This document shows positions 61,316 through 64,000 of a DNA stretch of 64,000 bases, piece by piece. The translations under genes were made by a program, and so were the position numbers. The first letter of the stretch is position 1; every line of letters starts with the position of its first letter. The notes under the pieces are model-generated. The model searched no databases. It was not told the origin of the DNA and worked only from the letters and a program-made list of their open reading frames with translations. Origin of the DNA: Hemiscyllium ocellatum (Eukaryota); contig NW_026867501.1 of the NCBI RefSeq assembly GCF_020745735.1, positions 248,001 through 312,000 on the forward strand, in the 5' to 3' direction.

Positions 61316-64000
61316 GCGTGCAATATTGTGTCTAGTAGTGCAACAGCAGGAAATTGCCATTTGCAGAAAACAAATATGAATCATAGATCTTTCGCCAAGT
61401 AAGAAGCATTTCATTTTTAATCAAGTCTTTATTTTCTAATAAGATTGCAATTATTGAAAGTCGAATTGTTACAAGAAAATACACGTATCATGTGAAGGAA
61501 AAAACAGGACTTAAGTGTTGAAATATATGGATTTCTGAAAGTATGAATCAACATTGAACCGCTGGGTTTAGTTTTAGCTATATTTCTTTGCTGCAGAAAT
61601 AAAAAGACGAATTTACCCTGAAAACTTCAGTTTCCCCGTACCTGAGGATCTAATCTTCGAACTAGGTCAGGGAAAACTAGAAGTTTCTTTTCCAACACTG
61701 CACTTGAATCGAATACGGTTTACCCCCATCCAGAACTGCCTACAAGTACTAGCGTTGATTCTAGATGTTTATTTGATCAACTAAATTCAAAGTCCACGTT
61801 TCTGTGTTCAAAATCCAGACCATGAAGTCAAATTATTAATCCACCTGGGGTGAATTTCTGACCTTGTAATAATTCCCGATTTTCTGCAGTGAAGAGACAA
61901 ATACAAGAATTGAGATCCCTCTTTGAATAATGTGAGGGAAACCATTTTTTCGAGAAAATCTCTAAATTTACAAGTTGTTGGCATGTTTTCCTGGATATTT
62001 ATGTCTCATTCTTCTTGCCATTATTCCCAACATTTCATGCTTCAGTTCAGATAAAAATAAACTGATTATTAATATCGAATTCAAACTGTAAGCTAATTCC
62101 ACCACCCCAACCCCCATTTTTGATTAATTGCTCAAAAACATTTGCCAATTTAAGTGGCTTAAAGCAAGTAAAACGACCGAAGTCGCGATAATGTCATGAC
62201 CTTCATTTACAACAAAATTAACCTATATAGATAAGAACCGGATTCACTCTCTTTCTCGATGCTGCGAATTTAGCTGCAGTCGCTTCAATGTTAGTTTGAC
62301 TTTTGAGGTGAGTTGATTTTATTTCGTCCATTGTAACTGTTCCCATGCATGGAGTGCTTTGGAGTACTGGTTGAAATGAGAGAATCGGGGAAATTGGATA
62401 TTCTACGCATTGTAGTTCCAGCGACATGGTAGAAGGATATTGATGTTCGGATAGAGTTTGTGAATAGATTTGCAGAGCGTTCATTTGACCGAAGCAGACA
62501 GGCATTGAGCAGAAGGGAAGTCTGCTGATGCAGGGAAAGTCAGAATATAGACAAAGAGAAACAACCGAAGAATGTCGACAAGCAAAAGTGATTGATGTGT
62601 GACCTTCATCAGATCTGAGCAATCAACCAATCTTATTTCTTCAGAAAACCCGCTGTGTTTCCCCATGAGTGAAATATGCCCCGATCTGAATTCACTGTTC
62701 TATATCGGATTTGAACTCTCAATATATTTGTAGATTCAATTATTACTGTACAAATCTAGAAGGCGTGTCATGTGTCCCATATGCTCCTTGCTAATAATTA
62801 TGTCCGTACTGCTTGGTGAGTCTATGTTTAAATGTTCATGAGTTATATTTTCTGACAGATGTTTGATAGATTGTGTTTTTTTGCAGGGACTAATAGCGAA
62901 GATGCAACATTCCAGGATCCGCACGAATTCGTAGTCCTGGAAGGACAGAACATAACGCTGAACTGCAGTAAGGCGACATCTTCTGTTCCAACTGTGTTTT
63001 GATACATTCAGCATCCTGGGGACACTGCGGGATATTTAGTGAAAGCATATGTTTCGGGGGAAGGGAGAAACCTCCCAACATGTTCAAGACAGGTTCTCTC
63101 CTATTTTGTCCAAAGAAAACAACATGTTTCATTTCAAAGTCGCTCGAGTTCTTCTCTCCGACACCGCCGTGTCGTTTTGTGCTTTGGAACCTACACTGCT
63201 GTAAATACTTCAGTTGCTATACAGAAATGTACCTTGAGACTTCCAACTGATGTCCACGTGAGGGAGTTCCAGACCAATAAACTCAGTCAATAATACAACA
63301 CCCAGGATGAGAATCACAAAATCATTAATGAAATAAAAAAAAACACTCAACAAGATCATGCAAGAAAAATACAGGAGAAATCGCCTTAATTCTTAATTTA
63401 ACTTGCAAAATTCATTTTTAAATAAATTATTGCCTGCTACATTTATGCATGTTCTGTCATGTTATCGTTTTCATATACCTCTGAAATTTACTGTTCATTT
63501 ACATTTGTTATTGATTTACATTTCACAAAGTAAAACTTTGGTAATTCAGTCTCTAGCATGGACTTCCCTCAATTGTCATTGTTTTTTTTTCGATATTTGT
63601 TCATTGTGTGCTGATGATATTCGTAAGCCAATGTTAACATCTAAAATGACTGTACAGTTGCTTCAAGCCCAACACAGACAGCATAAGCATTTCTGTTAGG
63701 AGGACATTATTGACACCTGAGCTTGATCTCGTTCAAAGGGAGCTAGTCCCCATCAGACAGATCTTACAACAACATCTTGTACACAACAATGTTCGTGCAG
63801 AGCATCCTGTAATATTTTCAGAAGATTCCTCAGGAGGTGGATTAGCATGAAATTCCTTTAATTCCATACCTCTTACAGTGCAACAGCATCACTGGATTCC
63901 TCAAGCAATTCTGATAGATAGCAGGAGGGGGAGGTGAGGGGGAAAACAATTTCTGATAGGTGATTCACGTAAAAAATTGAAGCATCTTATCTCTTTCATC
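61316..64000 (+). repeat. Copy B of the 1-2686 repeat
   Basis: See copy A. It runs to the window end. Confidence 0.97.
62770..63193 (+). pseudogene. Second copy of the 1455-1879 TCR V pseudogene
   Basis: Same leader, the same Trp-to-TGA change, and a 5-G run that is also out of frame. Confidence 0.9.

Overview
Eukaryotic, non-bacterial DNA, almost certainly from a cartilaginous fish (shark). The window is part of a T-cell receptor alpha/delta-type V-segment region. The ORF track is mostly noise because the real genes are split leader/V exons with RAG recombination signal sequences (RSS). The centrepiece is an apparently intact NAR-TCR (doubly rearranging TCR delta) cassette on the + strand. 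It consists of a leader and IgNAR-like V with a 23-RSS (33702-34203), a 12/12-RSS D (34546-34560), a 23-RSS J with a splice donor (34938-34990), and a leaderless supporting TCR delta V (40184-40493). The NAR-like V has an extra FR1 Cys and the supporting V an extra CDR1 Cys. The supporting V is followed by three tandem ~60-bp RSS units, and the second one is a perfect consensus 23-RSS. This is the most unusual feature I found. Around the cassette are one intact conventional TCR V on the - strand (12277-12711), several V pseudogenes and relics in both orientations, and degraded GPR139/GPR142-like GPCR genes interspersed among the Vs. Retroelements include CR1 LINEs, an L2/CR1-group LINE, Penelope-like elements, tRNA-derived SINEs and a Gmr1-type gypsy element with integrase upstream of RT. 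Bases 1-2686 recur almost identically at 61316-64000, so the window may be one ~61.3-kb period of a tandem duplication or an assembly/haplotype duplicate. All calls are by-eye reading and translation, with no database searches.
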